This document shows, piece after piece, positions 53,986 through 63,607 of a stretch of 64,000 bases of DNA (within the stretch, counting starts at the first letter, position 1; each line of letters starts with the position of its first letter). Below the pieces are notes generated by a model. The model ran no database searches and was not told the origin of the DNA. It saw only the letters and a program-made list of their open reading frames with translations. This DNA comes from Thermoleophilia bacterium (lineage in GTDB: Bacteria; Actinomycetota; Thermoleophilia; Gaiellales; Gaiellaceae). The stretch spans positions 46,531 through 110,530 of the forward strand of contig JADGPD010000001.1 of NCBI GenBank assembly GCA_017882615.1, given 5' to 3'. The position numbers and the translations under genes were made by a program.

Positions 53986-55932
53986 CTAGCCTGCCGGAAC
54001 GGCTGTCGGCATGGTGTCCGGCGCCACTTCGTGGAAGAGCACCGTCGTCTCCATTCCGTTGATGACCGGGAACCAAGGTGGGAACAGGAACTTCAGCGCG
54101 TCGTATTGCGCGTAGCTCGGTACTGCGGCTCCTGCCGATCCGTCGTCCGCGATTCTGGAGACGCCGTCGATGTTGTAACCGCTGCTGCTGGAGCCAGAAC
54201 CGTATTGCATGCAACCGGAAGGATTGGTGAACGCGCTCGTTCCGACGAACGTCATCGTGCTGCTGTTTCCTCGATAGGCGCCACGGTTCGTGCAGTTGTA
54301 GTCGGACCATATTCCAGTGATCGACATGGTGGCCGCTCTCCACCAGAGGTTCGTGGGCGCGTATTTCGGCAGCCAGATGTTGCCTTTGGCGATCAAGCCA
54401 AGCACGTCGTCATCCGGGCCGCCGATGCCGTCTGTGGCTGCCTCGGAGGCGTAGTGAACGTCGCCGCCGATGATCATGTCACCGGCAGTCGCGACGGTCA
54501 GGCGACCGTTGACCATGCTGGATGGGGAGCCGTCGTGGCTCGTGCTGCTGTACCCGCTGATCGAGCTCGGCCAGGAGATGATCGTGTCCTGGCCGGTATA
54601 GATCGCTCCGTTCGAGGGAATCGGCCCGTTGAAGTAAGGCCACGACCAGGTGATCCCGGTCGAGATCATCGAGACCGTCTCGCCGGCCCCGTGCAACCTG
54701 GTGGACGAGCCGCAGGTGGAGGGGCATGCGACCTGGTTGAGCGTGTTACCAGACCTGCTCTGGTAGGTGACCGTGTCGGTCCTGGAGCTCGAGGGGCCTA
54801 TATAGATCGTGCCGCCTCCAGTCGGGAAAGCTTCCGGGTTTCCGGTCACGCTGACCGTGCTGATCGTCGACCCGTTCGACTTGGGCAGCGTTGTTGCACT
54901 GGTGAGCGTGACGTCGGGGCCGCAGTATGGCTGGCTGGAAGCCGGATCCGGCGATCCGCTGGGGAAGACGCACTTCCACACCTGGAAGTTTCCGTTGGAA
55001 GAGAAATTGATGCGCCAGGCGTTGGCGCTGGAATCCTCGAAATCCGTGGAGGGTGAGTTCAGCGCCGCGGAACGCTTGAGATCGAGGCTCGGATCGCCCA
55101 GGCTGGCGAAAGTGATCGGGTGATTTCTGATCACGGTGCCGATGTCAGGATGAGTCCTGTCGTAAATCCGAGCGGGACTGTGCAACCGCGATCCGCTGAT
55201 TCCGGACACGGTGTCTTCGGCCATCAGGTCACCGTAGGACTCACCGCTGGGGTTGAAACAAATATCGTGAGTGCTGTAGACCTTTCCGTAGAGCGTGCTC
55301 CCGTAGCAGACCGGGTCGTACTTGGTCGGGTCGTAATCGATCATGTACTGGAAGTCGGCGGGAGTCGAGCGCCGGACGCGTATCTCGATTGCACGCTTCG
55401 CGAGCTTGGAGTCGCACTGCAACGGCGTTGCATTCTGATCGACCACCTTGCAGCCGGTCGAGACGATGTCGACGTAGCTGGTTCCAAGCGCTTCCGATGG
55501 CGGAGAAATCATCAAGTTGTAGGCGTAGCCTCGCAGCGAGGTCGAGTTGCCGGCCGCGTTACCCGCGCCCGCAAACCACCAGTCTTTGCTCGCATAGCTC
55601 CATCTGAGGCCGGCCGGCCAGACCGACGGGGTCGTGGACGTACTGTGTGCAACCGTCGCTCCGTTGGAGCCAAGTCGCGTCGATTCGCCCTTCGCTACGT
55701 AGTGGTCATAAAACTGAGGATCCTCGGTCAGCTTGGCGACGTAGTCGTTGATGCCGGCCTCGGCCGCCTGATAGACGGCGTCGTTCTTAACCGCTGTTCC
55801 GGCGCGGGTTGTTTCTGAGGTGACCTGATCGATCAGCACGATCGAGAGAATCGTCAGTACTCCGGTCATCATCACGACCGTCGCCATAGCCATGCCTTCT
55901 TCTCGCGAGAAAAACCGTTTCAGCTTCCTCAT
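53986..55932 (-). CDS. PilX-N-terminal-domain protein, 648 aa (large pilus-associated/pseudopilin-like protein)
   Basis: Start [34 protein letters not shown] (PilX_N-like hydrophobic segment after EEG). ATGA overlap with the upstream gene. Ser/Thr/Gly-rich body. The track ORF's 74-aa upstream extension was rejected. Confidence 0.7.
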   Translation of the reverse strand: MRKLKRFFSREEGMAMATVVMMTGVLTILSIVLIDQVTSETTRAGTAVKNDAVYQAAEAGINDYVAKLTEDPQFYDHYVAKGESTRLGSNGATVAHSTSTTPSVWPAGLRWSYASKDWWFAGAGNAAGNSTSLRGYAYNLMISPPSEALGTSYVDIVSTGCKVVDQNATPLQCDSKLAKRAIEIRVRRSTPADFQYMIDYDPTKYDPVCYGSTLYGKVYSTHDICFNPSGESYGDLMAEDTVSGISGSRLHSPARIYDRTHPDIGTVIRNHPITFASLGDPSLDLKRSAALNSPSTDFEDSSANAWRINFSSNGNFQVWKCVFPSGSPDPASSQPYCGPDVTLTSATTLPKSNGSTISTVSVTGNPEAFPTGGGTIYIGPSSSRTDTVTYQSRSGNTLNQVACPSTCGSSTRLHGAGETVSMISTGITWSWPYFNGPIPSNGAIYTGQDTIISWPSSISGYSSTSHDGSPSSMVNGRLTVATAGDMIIGGDVHYASEAATDGIGGPDDDVLGLIAKGNIWLPKYAPTNLWWRAATMSITGIWSDYNCTNRGAYRGNSSTMTFVGTSAFTNPSGCMQYGSGSSSSGYNIDGVSRIADDGSAGAAVPSYAQYDALKFLFPPWFPVINGMETTVLFHEVAPDTMPTAVPAG

Positions 55933-56651
55933 GATGCGTTCCACCTCAGTGTCGCGACAGCGCCGTAGTTGAACTTCTCGGTCGAGGGGGGGGAAGAGGC
56001 GACGATTCTCACGACCACGGTCTTGACGTCCGAGGCCTGGGTCGGGGCCCGGCACGCCCACGTGATCAGCTCGGCCGAGGTCGAGTTGCTCAAGTCGATC
56101 GCCATATCGGGGGGAGACTGGACGCAGTACTTGAAGATCTGTCCCGCCGCCCATCCACCGTTGGCCGGGTCCCCCGACTGGGGAGAGTAGGCCGAACGCA
56201 CGATTGACTCTACGGGTCCGTGGTCGCCGGGGTCGATTGGGTCTCCGTCGCCGTCGTACGAGGTGACCATGGTGACCTGTCGCTTCAGCGTCGTACCGTC
56301 GAGCCAGTACTTGACTACGCGGAGGTTGTTCGGCGCCATACGATCGGGTGAATAGAAACGGATCGAGTTGGCCAGGGCCGAGCTGGGGAAGATCGGGGGG
56401 GTCGGGGTTCCCGTGGTGGCATCGCGCAGGTCGGAAACGAGCTGGTTGACCTCCGCGCGCACCTCCGTCTGCAAGATGTTCTGAGCCTGCACCTGCGAGC
56501 TGCGCCGGATGATTGTTCCGAACGTCGTCTCGAACATGGCGGTGGTTATTCCGACCAGAACTATCACCACCAAGAGCTCGATCAGAGTGAAGCCGCCCTC
56601 GCTGCCGAGAGTGCTAAGCCGGCGCCGAAAGGCTGACGATAAGCGGTTCAC
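55929..56651 (-). CDS. Prepilin-type N-terminal cleavage/methylation domain protein (240 aa pseudopilin)
   Basis: Class III signal ...[21 protein letters not shown] with Glu at +5. The GTG start overlaps the upstream stop (GTGA). Confidence 0.8.
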   Translation of the reverse strand: MNRLSSAFRRRLSTLGSEGGFTLIELLVVIVLVGITTAMFETTFGTIIRRSSQVQAQNILQTEVRAEVNQLVSDLRDATTGTPTPPIFPSSALANSIRFYSPDRMAPNNLRVVKYWLDGTTLKRQVTMVTSYDGDGDPIDPGDHGPVESIVRSAYSPQSGDPANGGWAAGQIFKYCVQSPPDMAIDLSNSTSAELITWACRAPTQASDVKTVVVRIVASSPPSTEKFNYGAVATLRWNAS

Positions 56652-58123
56652 GAGACACTCACCGCGAAGGCACAGCCCGTCGATGGCACCTTCTGATCGG
56701 TCAGCCCGCCACTCACAGCGATAGTACCGGAGACGCCCCAAGCCTTAATGTCGTAGTCGCCCGTGGGATTCGTCGTGACAGGGAGCCTCACGTTGAGTAT
56801 CTGTCCCGAGCTATTCGTTGGGCCGGCCACTACATAGGCCTGCGGAATAGGATCCAGCGACCCGTCGATGACATCGACGCGTGCGCCCGAGATCGGTGTC
56901 GTGCCCTTTTTAACGGTTATCGTGCAGCTGCTGGTCGTGACCGGCTGGAGCTGGGTGACGAAGGTGGAGGTGAGGTCGGTCGGGTAGTTGCTGGGCACGG
57001 TCTGCCTTACAGAAGAGGCGAACTTCGTCCCGTCAGAGCTGTGCACGCCAACCGCGTAGGTGGCTCCGGAAACGGCCTGTTCGCCGCCGATTGTGGTCGG
57101 CGGAGTGACCCTGAAGATTCCGTCGGAAACGCCGCTGGTGTTGCAGAACTCCTGCGCGCCGCGGGGCATGGGCGCGCCGATGTCCGCGCAGAAACCACCC
57201 GTATAGGGAGTGCCGTCCGCGTTGTTCATATCCACGATGATGGTCGCCGGGCGGTAGAGGTGAACGGTCGTAGTCTGCGTCTGGCTCGGGTTGATTTGGA
57301 GATGGGCGACGTTGACGGGCCCCGCCCCGGTGCCGGCCGGGACCGTGCCGGGCGGGATTTCTTCCCTCAACGTCTGGTAGCCACCCAGGCCGACCAAGAT
57401 GTCGTAATAAGCGTTAACCCCGGTCGTCAGCAGAGTGCCGCCCGAGTCGGCCGGGTTCGGCGTCAGGCCCGCGAATGTGACTAGGCCCGTTTCGTCGGTT
57501 ACATCGCTTGCGTGTGGGCTCGGGCCGTCGAACAGGTCAACCTGCGCTCCCTGGACAGGCGGCGTGGAGGGGCTGGGCGTTGCCAGGTATCCGTTATCCA
57601 CCACGTTCACGTTGATGATCGCGTTGTTGATTCCGCCCAGGCTCGTTCGTGACGGGTTGGAGACATAGGTGTAAATCCGGGCCAGCTGCTTGTTGTCGTT
57701 CTGACGAGAAACGGTTACTCGTACACGCTTGTAGTTCGCGGCCGTTGCGACGCCGGTGGGCGCGGCGTCGTTTACCCATCTGATGCTCGTGGCCAGCGTG
57801 TAACGAAGTCCCATCACCCATTTCTGCTGCGACCCAGGGATGCCCCCGACACCTGATGGGCACGTCGGGTTGCCGCCGGCGACGCAGACATCCGCGTAAA
57901 CCAACTGCCGCACGTACTCGACTTGCTGCTGAGCCAGCTCGAGCGCAATGGTTCTCTGTCGAGCGTTACCGTCGGCTGCGGTGGCCGAGGTCAGCACGCC
58001 TATGGTCGAGGTGCTGACTATGGCGAAGATCGAGATGGCGAAGAGAGTTTCGATCAGCGTGACGCCAGCCTCGCGCCGGGCGGCGCGAAGCAGCCGATTC
58101 CTGATGCACTTGATCCAGTCCAC
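56648..58123 (-). CDS. Prepilin-type N-terminal domain protein, 491 aa modular pseudopilin (PilV-like N-terminus plus Ig-like/carboxypeptidase-regulatory-like modules)
   Basis: Leader [36 protein letters not shown] with Glu at +5. Internal segments such as VNVVDNG...GAQVDLFDG...[14 protein letters not shown] resemble the CarboxypepD_reg fold. Confidence 0.75.
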   Translation of the reverse strand: MDWIKCIRNRLLRAARREAGVTLIETLFAISIFAIVSTSTIGVLTSATAADGNARQRTIALELAQQQVEYVRQLVYADVCVAGGNPTCPSGVGGIPGSQQKWVMGLRYTLATSIRWVNDAAPTGVATAANYKRVRVTVSRQNDNKQLARIYTYVSNPSRTSLGGINNAIINVNVVDNGYLATPSPSTPPVQGAQVDLFDGPSPHASDVTDETGLVTFAGLTPNPADSGGTLLTTGVNAYYDILVGLGGYQTLREEIPPGTVPAGTGAGPVNVAHLQINPSQTQTTTVHLYRPATIIVDMNNADGTPYTGGFCADIGAPMPRGAQEFCNTSGVSDGIFRVTPPTTIGGEQAVSGATYAVGVHSSDGTKFASSVRQTVPSNYPTDLTSTFVTQLQPVTTSSCTITVKKGTTPISGARVDVIDGSLDPIPQAYVVAGPTNSSGQILNVRLPVTTNPTGDYDIKAWGVSGTIAVSGGLTDQKVPSTGCAFAVSVS

Positions 58124-58320
58124 CTGAATGGAGTTTCGGCATATCCGAGCGAGAACTCGTCCCCCAATATCGCTATACGGGGTACCCGTTTTGGTTTTGG
58201 GTTTTAGCGCTTCAAATCTCGCTTCGGGCCGGTTTGGAAGGGGTGAGCGCGGCGCGGGCGAAAATGCACGCGCTAGCCTTGGCGCGAAAGCGCCCCAGAG
58301 AACAGGAGCCCGCGCCGGCG

Positions 58321-59067
58321 ATGAACGTAGCTTTCCCGATTCTCATGCTTCTGCCGGGGCTCGCGCTCGGTAGCTTTCTCAACGTCGTCGCCGCGCGCGT
58401 ACCGCGACACGAGTCGATCGCCTTCCCCGGCTCGCACTGCATGACCTGCGGCCACGCGATCGCCTGGTACGACAACATCCCGCTCGTCTCCTACATCGTC
58501 TTGCGCGGCCGCTGCCGCAACTGCGAATCGGCGATCGGGCTGCGCTATCCGGCCGTCGAGCTTGCGACGGCGCTGCTCGTGTCCGGATGCGTCTGGAAGT
58601 TCGGGTTTCACTTGGAGACCTTGCTCGCGGTTTTCTTCTCCGCGGTGCTGGTCGCCATCTCGGCCGCCGATCTCGAGCACCGCATCGTTCCGAACGTGAT
58701 CGTGCTCCCCGCCGCCGTGATCACGCTCGGCGCCCAGACCGCTCTACATCTCTCCTTCGAATGGACGATCGCCGCCTTCGCGGCATCGGGCTTCCTGCTC
58801 CTGACGGCGCTGCTCTATCCGGGCGGAATGGGTATGGGCGACGTGAAGCTGGCCTTTCTGCTCGGCGCGATGCTCGGTCGCACGGTTGCCGTCGCGCTCG
58901 CCGCCGGCATGATCAGCGCGCTCGTGCCCTCGATCTGGCTGTTCATCCGGCACGGCTCGAAGGCGCGCAAGATGAAGATTCCCTTCGCTCCCTTCCTGGC
59001 GCTCGGCGCCATCGTGGCCCTCTTCGCAGGCAAAGAGTTGCTCGACGCCTACCTGTCGTTCTTCTAG
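58321..59067 (+). CDS. pilD: Prepilin peptidase (A24 family) PilD
   Basis: 248 aa from MNVAFPIL. CMTCGH...CRNC zinc cluster, the two catalytic Asp contexts (AADLEH, GMGMGDVKL), 7-8 TM. Confidence 0.88.
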   Translation: MNVAFPILMLLPGLALGSFLNVVAARVPRHESIAFPGSHCMTCGHAIAWYDNIPLVSYIVLRGRCRNCESAIGLRYPAVELATALLVSGCVWKFGFHLETLLAVFFSAVLVAISAADLEHRIVPNVIVLPAAVITLGAQTALHLSFEWTIAAFAASGFLLLTALLYPGGMGMGDVKLAFLLGAMLGRTVAVALAAGMISALVPSIWLFIRHGSKARKMKIPFAPFLALGAIVALFAGKELLDAYLSFF

Positions 59068-59205
59068 CGATTCCGGGCCGGGCTCTTCGGTCACGAAAAG
59101 CCTGCAAAAGCAGCCGTCGAATGGGTGAGCGAATCGCCCATCTTCATCACTCGTGGCGGTGTCAAGTAGTCGCCATCCGCTGCCGATAGCTCGTTTGAGG
59201 GATAG

Positions 59206-60996
59206 ATGGCAGAAGAACGCCAGTCCACGAAGAGCGGGGGACGAGCGGGCGCGCGCAGCAGCGCACGTCCGTTGGCCGGCGCGCGACAGATCAACGAGCT
59301 CGTAGAGCTTCTCGGGGATCTGCTCGAGGCAACCGGTCTCGTCACGCCCGACAAGCTCGCCGAAGCGCGCAGCGATGCCGGGGCGTCCGGATCGCTCGTC
59401 GCGGCGCTCACCGAGAAGGGCGTGATCCCCGCGGCACGGGTGGCCGAGGTCCGGGCGTCGCACTACCACTTACCGCTGATCTCTCTCGGAGACGAGAAAA
59501 TCTCTCCCGACGCGGTTGCGTCGATTCCGATTCACGTGCTCGAGCGCGTCGTCGCCCTGCCTTACAAGCTTTCGGGCGAGCGCCTGCAGGTTGCAATCGC
59601 CGATCCCTCCGACGTGAGCGGCGTCGATGAGCTGAAGCTCGCGACGCGCTTCCAGATCGAGCTGGGTGTCGCGTCGAGCGAGGAGATCGTCACCGAGCTT
59701 CAGGGACTTTTGCGCCAGAGCGAGACCCTTCACGCTCAATCGGCGGCGCTGGAAGACGTAGAGGTGGTCGAAGAAGGCGTGGGCGAGGTCGACGATCTCG
59801 AGGCCGACGACGGTATCTCAGACGCGCCGCTCGTGCGCCTCGTCAACGCGATCATCTTCCAGGGCGCCGAGGACGGGGCATCGGACATTCACTTCATGCC
59901 CGAGGAGGACGCGCTCGTCATCCGCTACCGAATCGACGGCGTGCTGCAAGAGGTTCAGCGCGTCCCGCGACGCATGGCTTCGGGTGTCACCACGCGCCTC
60001 AAGGTGCTGGCCAAGCTCGACATCGCCGAACGGCGCAAGCCACAGGACGGCCGCATCTCGCTGAACGCCAAGGCGGCAGGACGGATGCTCGATATTCGTG
60101 TCGCGGTGCTGCCGACGGTCGAAGGCGAATGCGTAGTGATGCGCCTGATCGACAAGTCGAGAAAGACGCCGACACTGGAGGGGCTCGGTCTGGCCGAGGA
60201 AATGCGCGAGGAGCTGGAGCATGTGGTCAAGAAGCCGACCGGCACCCTGCTCGTCACCGGGCCGACCGGTTCCGGTAAGTCGACCACGCTGTATGCCGCC
60301 TTGCACATCGTCGCTCAGCCCGAGGTCAACGTCATCACCGTCGAGGATCCGGTCGAGTACCGGCTCCAGGGAATCAACCAGGTTCAGATCAACACCAAGG
60401 CCGGTTTGACCTTCGCGGCCGTCCTGCGCTCGATCCTGCGTGCGGATCCCGACATCCTGATGGTGGGGGAGATTCGCGACTCCGAGACGGCCAAGATCTC
60501 GATCGAGGCGGCACTCACGGGGCACATGGTGCTCTCGTCGCTGCATACCAACGACGCTCCGAGCGCGCTCACGCGGCTGAACGAGATGGGCGTCGAGCCG
60601 TTTCTAACCAGCGCCGCCGTCTCGGGCGTACTGGCTCAGCGCCTGGCGCGGCGCCTTTGCACGAACTGCGCCGAGATGTACACGCCCTCGGTCGGCGAGA
60701 TGGTCGCGGCGAACGTCTCGCCCAGCATCGCAGCCCAGCTCGATGGGATGGCCTTCTATCGCAAAGTCGGCTGCCCACGTTGCAACCAGACCGGCTTCAA
60801 GGGCCGAGTCGGCATCTTCGAGTTCCTGAACATGAGCGACGAGCTGGCCGCTTACTCGGCGACGAAGCCGTCACACGAGGAACTGAGGACGCGCGCGATC
60901 GATCTGGGCATGCGCACGATGTGGGACGAAGGAATGAGCAAGGTCGCCCAGGGGTTGACGTCGATTGAGGAGCTAGCACGTGTCGTTGCGACCTAG
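59206..60996 (+). CDS. pilB: Type IV pilus assembly ATPase PilB (GspE family)
   Basis: 596 aa. N-terminal T2SSE_N-type domain, Walker A GPTGSGKSTT, GEIRD, GHMVLSSLHTND, and a tetracysteine CTNC..CPRC. Confidence 0.9.
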   Translation: MAEERQSTKSGGRAGARSSARPLAGARQINELVELLGDLLEATGLVTPDKLAEARSDAGASGSLVAALTEKGVIPAARVAEVRASHYHLPLISLGDEKISPDAVASIPIHVLERVVALPYKLSGERLQVAIADPSDVSGVDELKLATRFQIELGVASSEEIVTELQGLLRQSETLHAQSAALEDVEVVEEGVGEVDDLEADDGISDAPLVRLVNAIIFQGAEDGASDIHFMPEEDALVIRYRIDGVLQEVQRVPRRMASGVTTRLKVLAKLDIAERRKPQDGRISLNAKAAGRMLDIRVAVLPTVEGECVVMRLIDKSRKTPTLEGLGLAEEMREELEHVVKKPTGTLLVTGPTGSGKSTTLYAALHIVAQPEVNVITVEDPVEYRLQGINQVQINTKAGLTFAAVLRSILRADPDILMVGEIRDSETAKISIEAALTGHMVLSSLHTNDAPSALTRLNEMGVEPFLTSAAVSGVLAQRLARRLCTNCAEMYTPSVGEMVAANVSPSIAAQLDGMAFYRKVGCPRCNQTGFKGRVGIFEFLNMSDELAAYSATKPSHEELRTRAIDLGMRTMWDEGMSKVAQGLTSIEELARVVAT

Positions 60997-61065
60997 ACCT
61001 CAGCGCTACAGTGTGCGTGGCAACGCGCTCGAAGTCGGGCGCCGGTGATTGCGGAGGCGTGAGAA

Positions 61066-63174
61066 GTGCCGTTTCTTCGTCGTAGACAAGAGAACGAGCC
61101 CGATACCCCGGCTGCGGGTGTCGTACCGGCGGCGCCTGAAACCGCCGAGGCAGCGCCTGCGTTTGCGCCTGCGCCAGAGGCGCCGCTCGTCGGCGAGTAT
61201 CCGCAGACTGCCGAGACGCCGGTGGAATCGCAGTTTCAACCCGTCGAGGGTGCCGACGAGATGCTCGACATGCCGCTTGGGACGCTCATCTTTCGCGCCG
61301 GCCTGATTGCCCCCCAACAGCTCGAGGACGCACTGGCCGAAGGGCTTCGCTCGGGCAAGCGGCTGGGCGAGGTACTGCTCTCGCGCGGCTGGCTCAGCGA
61401 GGAGGACCTGAGCCGGCTACTCGCCGGGCAGAAGGGCTTGCCCTACGCCGATCTCGACAAGATCGCCATCGATCGCGAGCTGGCGCAGGCCATGAGCTAC
61501 GACGACGCTCGTAGCGAGATGGCGCTGCCCGTGGTCACCGAGTTTGGTTTGCCGGTGGTCGCGATGGCCGACCCGGACGAAGCGGCGATGGACCGGCTGC
61601 GCGCGCAACTCGGTCCCGAGATTCGGTTCGTCGTCGGAGCGCCGAGCGCGCTCACGCGTCTCATCGAGGAGGTGCTTGGCGGCGCTCCGGCTCAGGCGCT
61701 GTCGGTCACGCCGACCGCACGCGAGCAACACGCGCCGACCGAGCCGAGTGCGGACTATCAGTTCACGCCGGATGAGGCTCCTGTGGCCGAGCCCTCCCCG
61801 GCGGAGACCGCCGTAGAGGCCGAGCCCGTTCTGTCCGAGCCGGCCCCGACCGAGGCGATAGCGCCCGACTCGAGCGAGCAGGAGGCTCCAGCCCCCGTTC
61901 CCGATCCTGCGGCGCAGGAGATCCATCCGATCATGGCCGACGAGGAGGTCGAATACCCGACGTTCACGCAGTATCAGCCCCTTCCGGAGACAGAAATCAT
62001 CGTGGGGTCCGACGAGCAGCTTCCCGCCGAGGTGCAAACGGGAGAATACGGCTACTACGACGATTCTTCGCTGCTGGAAGGCAACGCCTGGCAGGCCGGA
62101 GAGACCGGGCCGCCGGCGGCAGAACCCGCGCCGGAGTTCACCGATATCGGCGCCGATCAGTTCGATGTCGATCGACCATCCGAAGAACCCGTGGCGCCCG
62201 CCGAAGAGGTTGTGCCGACCGAATACGTCGAGCCAATCGAACAGGCCGAGGCACCGAACGAATACGTCGAGCCAATCGAACAGGCCGAGGCACCGACCGA
62301 ATACATCGAGCCAATCGAACAGGCCGAGGCGCAAGTCGAAGAGCCCGCGTTGCCGGCCGAGTATGTCGAGCAGTCGCTCGACGAGGCCGAGACGCCGATC
62401 GAGCAAGCGTGGGAGGAGCCGGCTGCAGAAGCCGTGCCGGAGCCTGTCGCGCCCGAGCTCGAGCAGCCCGCGCCAGCGCCGCCGGAAGAAATCGCAGACG
62501 CGCCGGCGGGCGAAGATGATCCGGCGCTCACGACGCCCGCCTGGATGCGCGGCGAGCTCAACGTCATAACCGCCGACGTGGCCGACTTCATCGATTCCGG
62601 CGCTTCGAGTGCCACTGAGCCTCCGCTTTCAGCGCCGGTCGAGAACGACGCCGCCGAAGTCGAGCCGGCGCCTTTCCTCGCCGCGGACGAGCCGCCGGTC
62701 GACGCGCCGCTTCCCGAAGATGCCACGGACCTGGAAACCGCCGAGCTCGCCGAAAGCGACGCGGTCGCCGCGGAGCTCGATCCCGAGCCTCCCGCCTGGG
62801 CAAGCGAGCCCGTCGAAGCGGTCGAGGAAGCCGCGCTCGAAGGCGCGGTCGACGTTCCGCCCGAGCCGGCGCCCGAGGCCTCGCAGGATGAATCTGCCCC
62901 GAAGGCCGGTCGCGGCGCGTTCGAGCTTGTGCTGCGCCTCGTGGACGGCGATCGGATGCCGATCGGATCCTTCGACACTGTTGAGGGGGCGCAAGAGAAG
63001 GCCGCCGAGGTCGTCAAGCAGTTCGCGGAGATGAAAGAAGGCGGCTGGCCCTTCATCGGCGGTCGCTTCCTGCGCCCGGAGACGATCGTCTCGATCGACG
63101 TCGAACAGCACGGCTCCGGCTGGGGCGGCTCCAACTCGCGCGGGCGCATGTTCTCCGGCGGCGACGGCTCGTAG
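61066..63174 (+). CDS. Orphan MshEN/T2SSE_N-domain protein with long acidic Pro/Glu/Ala-rich repeat region and unknown C-terminal domain
   Basis: 702 aa, GTG start. Residues 70-122 are PLGTLIFRAGLIAPQQLEDALAEG-LRSGK-RLGEVLLSRGWLSEEDLSRLLAGQ (two 24-residue motifs, 5-residue spacer). There is no ATPase domain. About 400 aa are acidic low-complexity, followed by about 90 aa of folded-looking C-terminus. Confidence 0.8.
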   Translation: MPFLRRRQENEPDTPAAGVVPAAPETAEAAPAFAPAPEAPLVGEYPQTAETPVESQFQPVEGADEMLDMPLGTLIFRAGLIAPQQLEDALAEGLRSGKRLGEVLLSRGWLSEEDLSRLLAGQKGLPYADLDKIAIDRELAQAMSYDDARSEMALPVVTEFGLPVVAMADPDEAAMDRLRAQLGPEIRFVVGAPSALTRLIEEVLGGAPAQALSVTPTAREQHAPTEPSADYQFTPDEAPVAEPSPAETAVEAEPVLSEPAPTEAIAPDSSEQEAPAPVPDPAAQEIHPIMADEEVEYPTFTQYQPLPETEIIVGSDEQLPAEVQTGEYGYYDDSSLLEGNAWQAGETGPPAAEPAPEFTDIGADQFDVDRPSEEPVAPAEEVVPTEYVEPIEQAEAPNEYVEPIEQAEAPTEYIEPIEQAEAQVEEPALPAEYVEQSLDEAETPIEQAWEEPAAEAVPEPVAPELEQPAPAPPEEIADAPAGEDDPALTTPAWMRGELNVITADVADFIDSGASSATEPPLSAPVENDAAEVEPAPFLAADEPPVDAPLPEDATDLETAELAESDAVAAELDPEPPAWASEPVEAVEEAALEGAVDVPPEPAPEASQDESAPKAGRGAFELVLRLVDGDRMPIGSFDTVEGAQEKAAEVVKQFAEMKEGGWPFIGGRFLRPETIVSIDVEQHGSGWGGSNSRGRMFSGGDGS
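62221..62337 (+). repeat. Three tandem 39-bp coding repeats (EYVEPIEQAEAP(N/T))
   Basis: Units at 62221-62259, 62260-62298 and 62299-62337. The first two differ at one position; the third diverges at its 3' end. Confidence 0.9.
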
Positions 63175-63298
63175 CGCGAATTCCGCTAGGGCTGCGGCGC
63201 GGCGATCCGCTACGCCGGCGTAGACGCGAACTGTCTACCGGCGGCCCATTGGCGTTGCTTCCTCGGGCGGACGCTCGAGAGCCCTACGCGCGCAGGAG

Positions 63299-63607
63299 CT
63301 AGCTGACTTCGCAGCCGAGGTACTCGAGCGCGAGCAGCGCTTCCTCGATGTAGGCGGCCGCTTCGTCCTTGCTGCCGAAGTGATACGGGCCCGGATGAAG
63401 CGGCTCGACGCGCAGGCTGTTGGTCGGATAAACATCGCACTCGACCACGAACTGCTCGTCGCGTTCGAACAGGCGCAGAATCACGACGCGGCGTCCGTCC
63501 TTCTTGGCGTGGCGATGGAAGCTCTCCTTGGCGGACGCCTTGCCGCCCTTTTTCGAACTGCCCTTGCCGCCGGAGCGGAGGCCATATTCGTCGGCGAGGT
63601 CGCTCAC
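63299..63607 (-). CDS. Hypothetical protein (102 aa)
   Basis: Lys/Gly-rich basic N-terminus, then a compact domain. ATGA overlap with the upstream ORF's stop. Confidence 0.5.
   Translation of the reverse strand: MSDLADEYGLRSGGKGSSKKGGKASAKESFHRHAKKDGRRVVILRLFERDEQFVVECDVYPTNSLRVEPLHPGPYHFGSKDEAAAYIEEALLALEYLGCEVS

Noticed and set aside
59206-59650. PilB N-terminal domain as the c-di-GMP sensor of the locus
   Set aside because: Its two candidate 24-residue segments (LLGDLLEATGLVTPDKLAEARSDA and the following SLVAALTEKGVIPAARVAEV...) lack the RLG start, the second Leu and the terminal Gln of the MshEN consensus. I treat it as a generic T2SSE_N domain. Binding cannot be excluded without an assay.
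62221-62337. CRISPR-like array (regular 39-bp repeats); also the (GGC)n at 38436-38453
   Set aside because: The repeats are directly tandem without spacers, in frame within a long ORF, and encode a repeated peptide. No cas genes are present. These are coding tandem repeats, not CRISPR.
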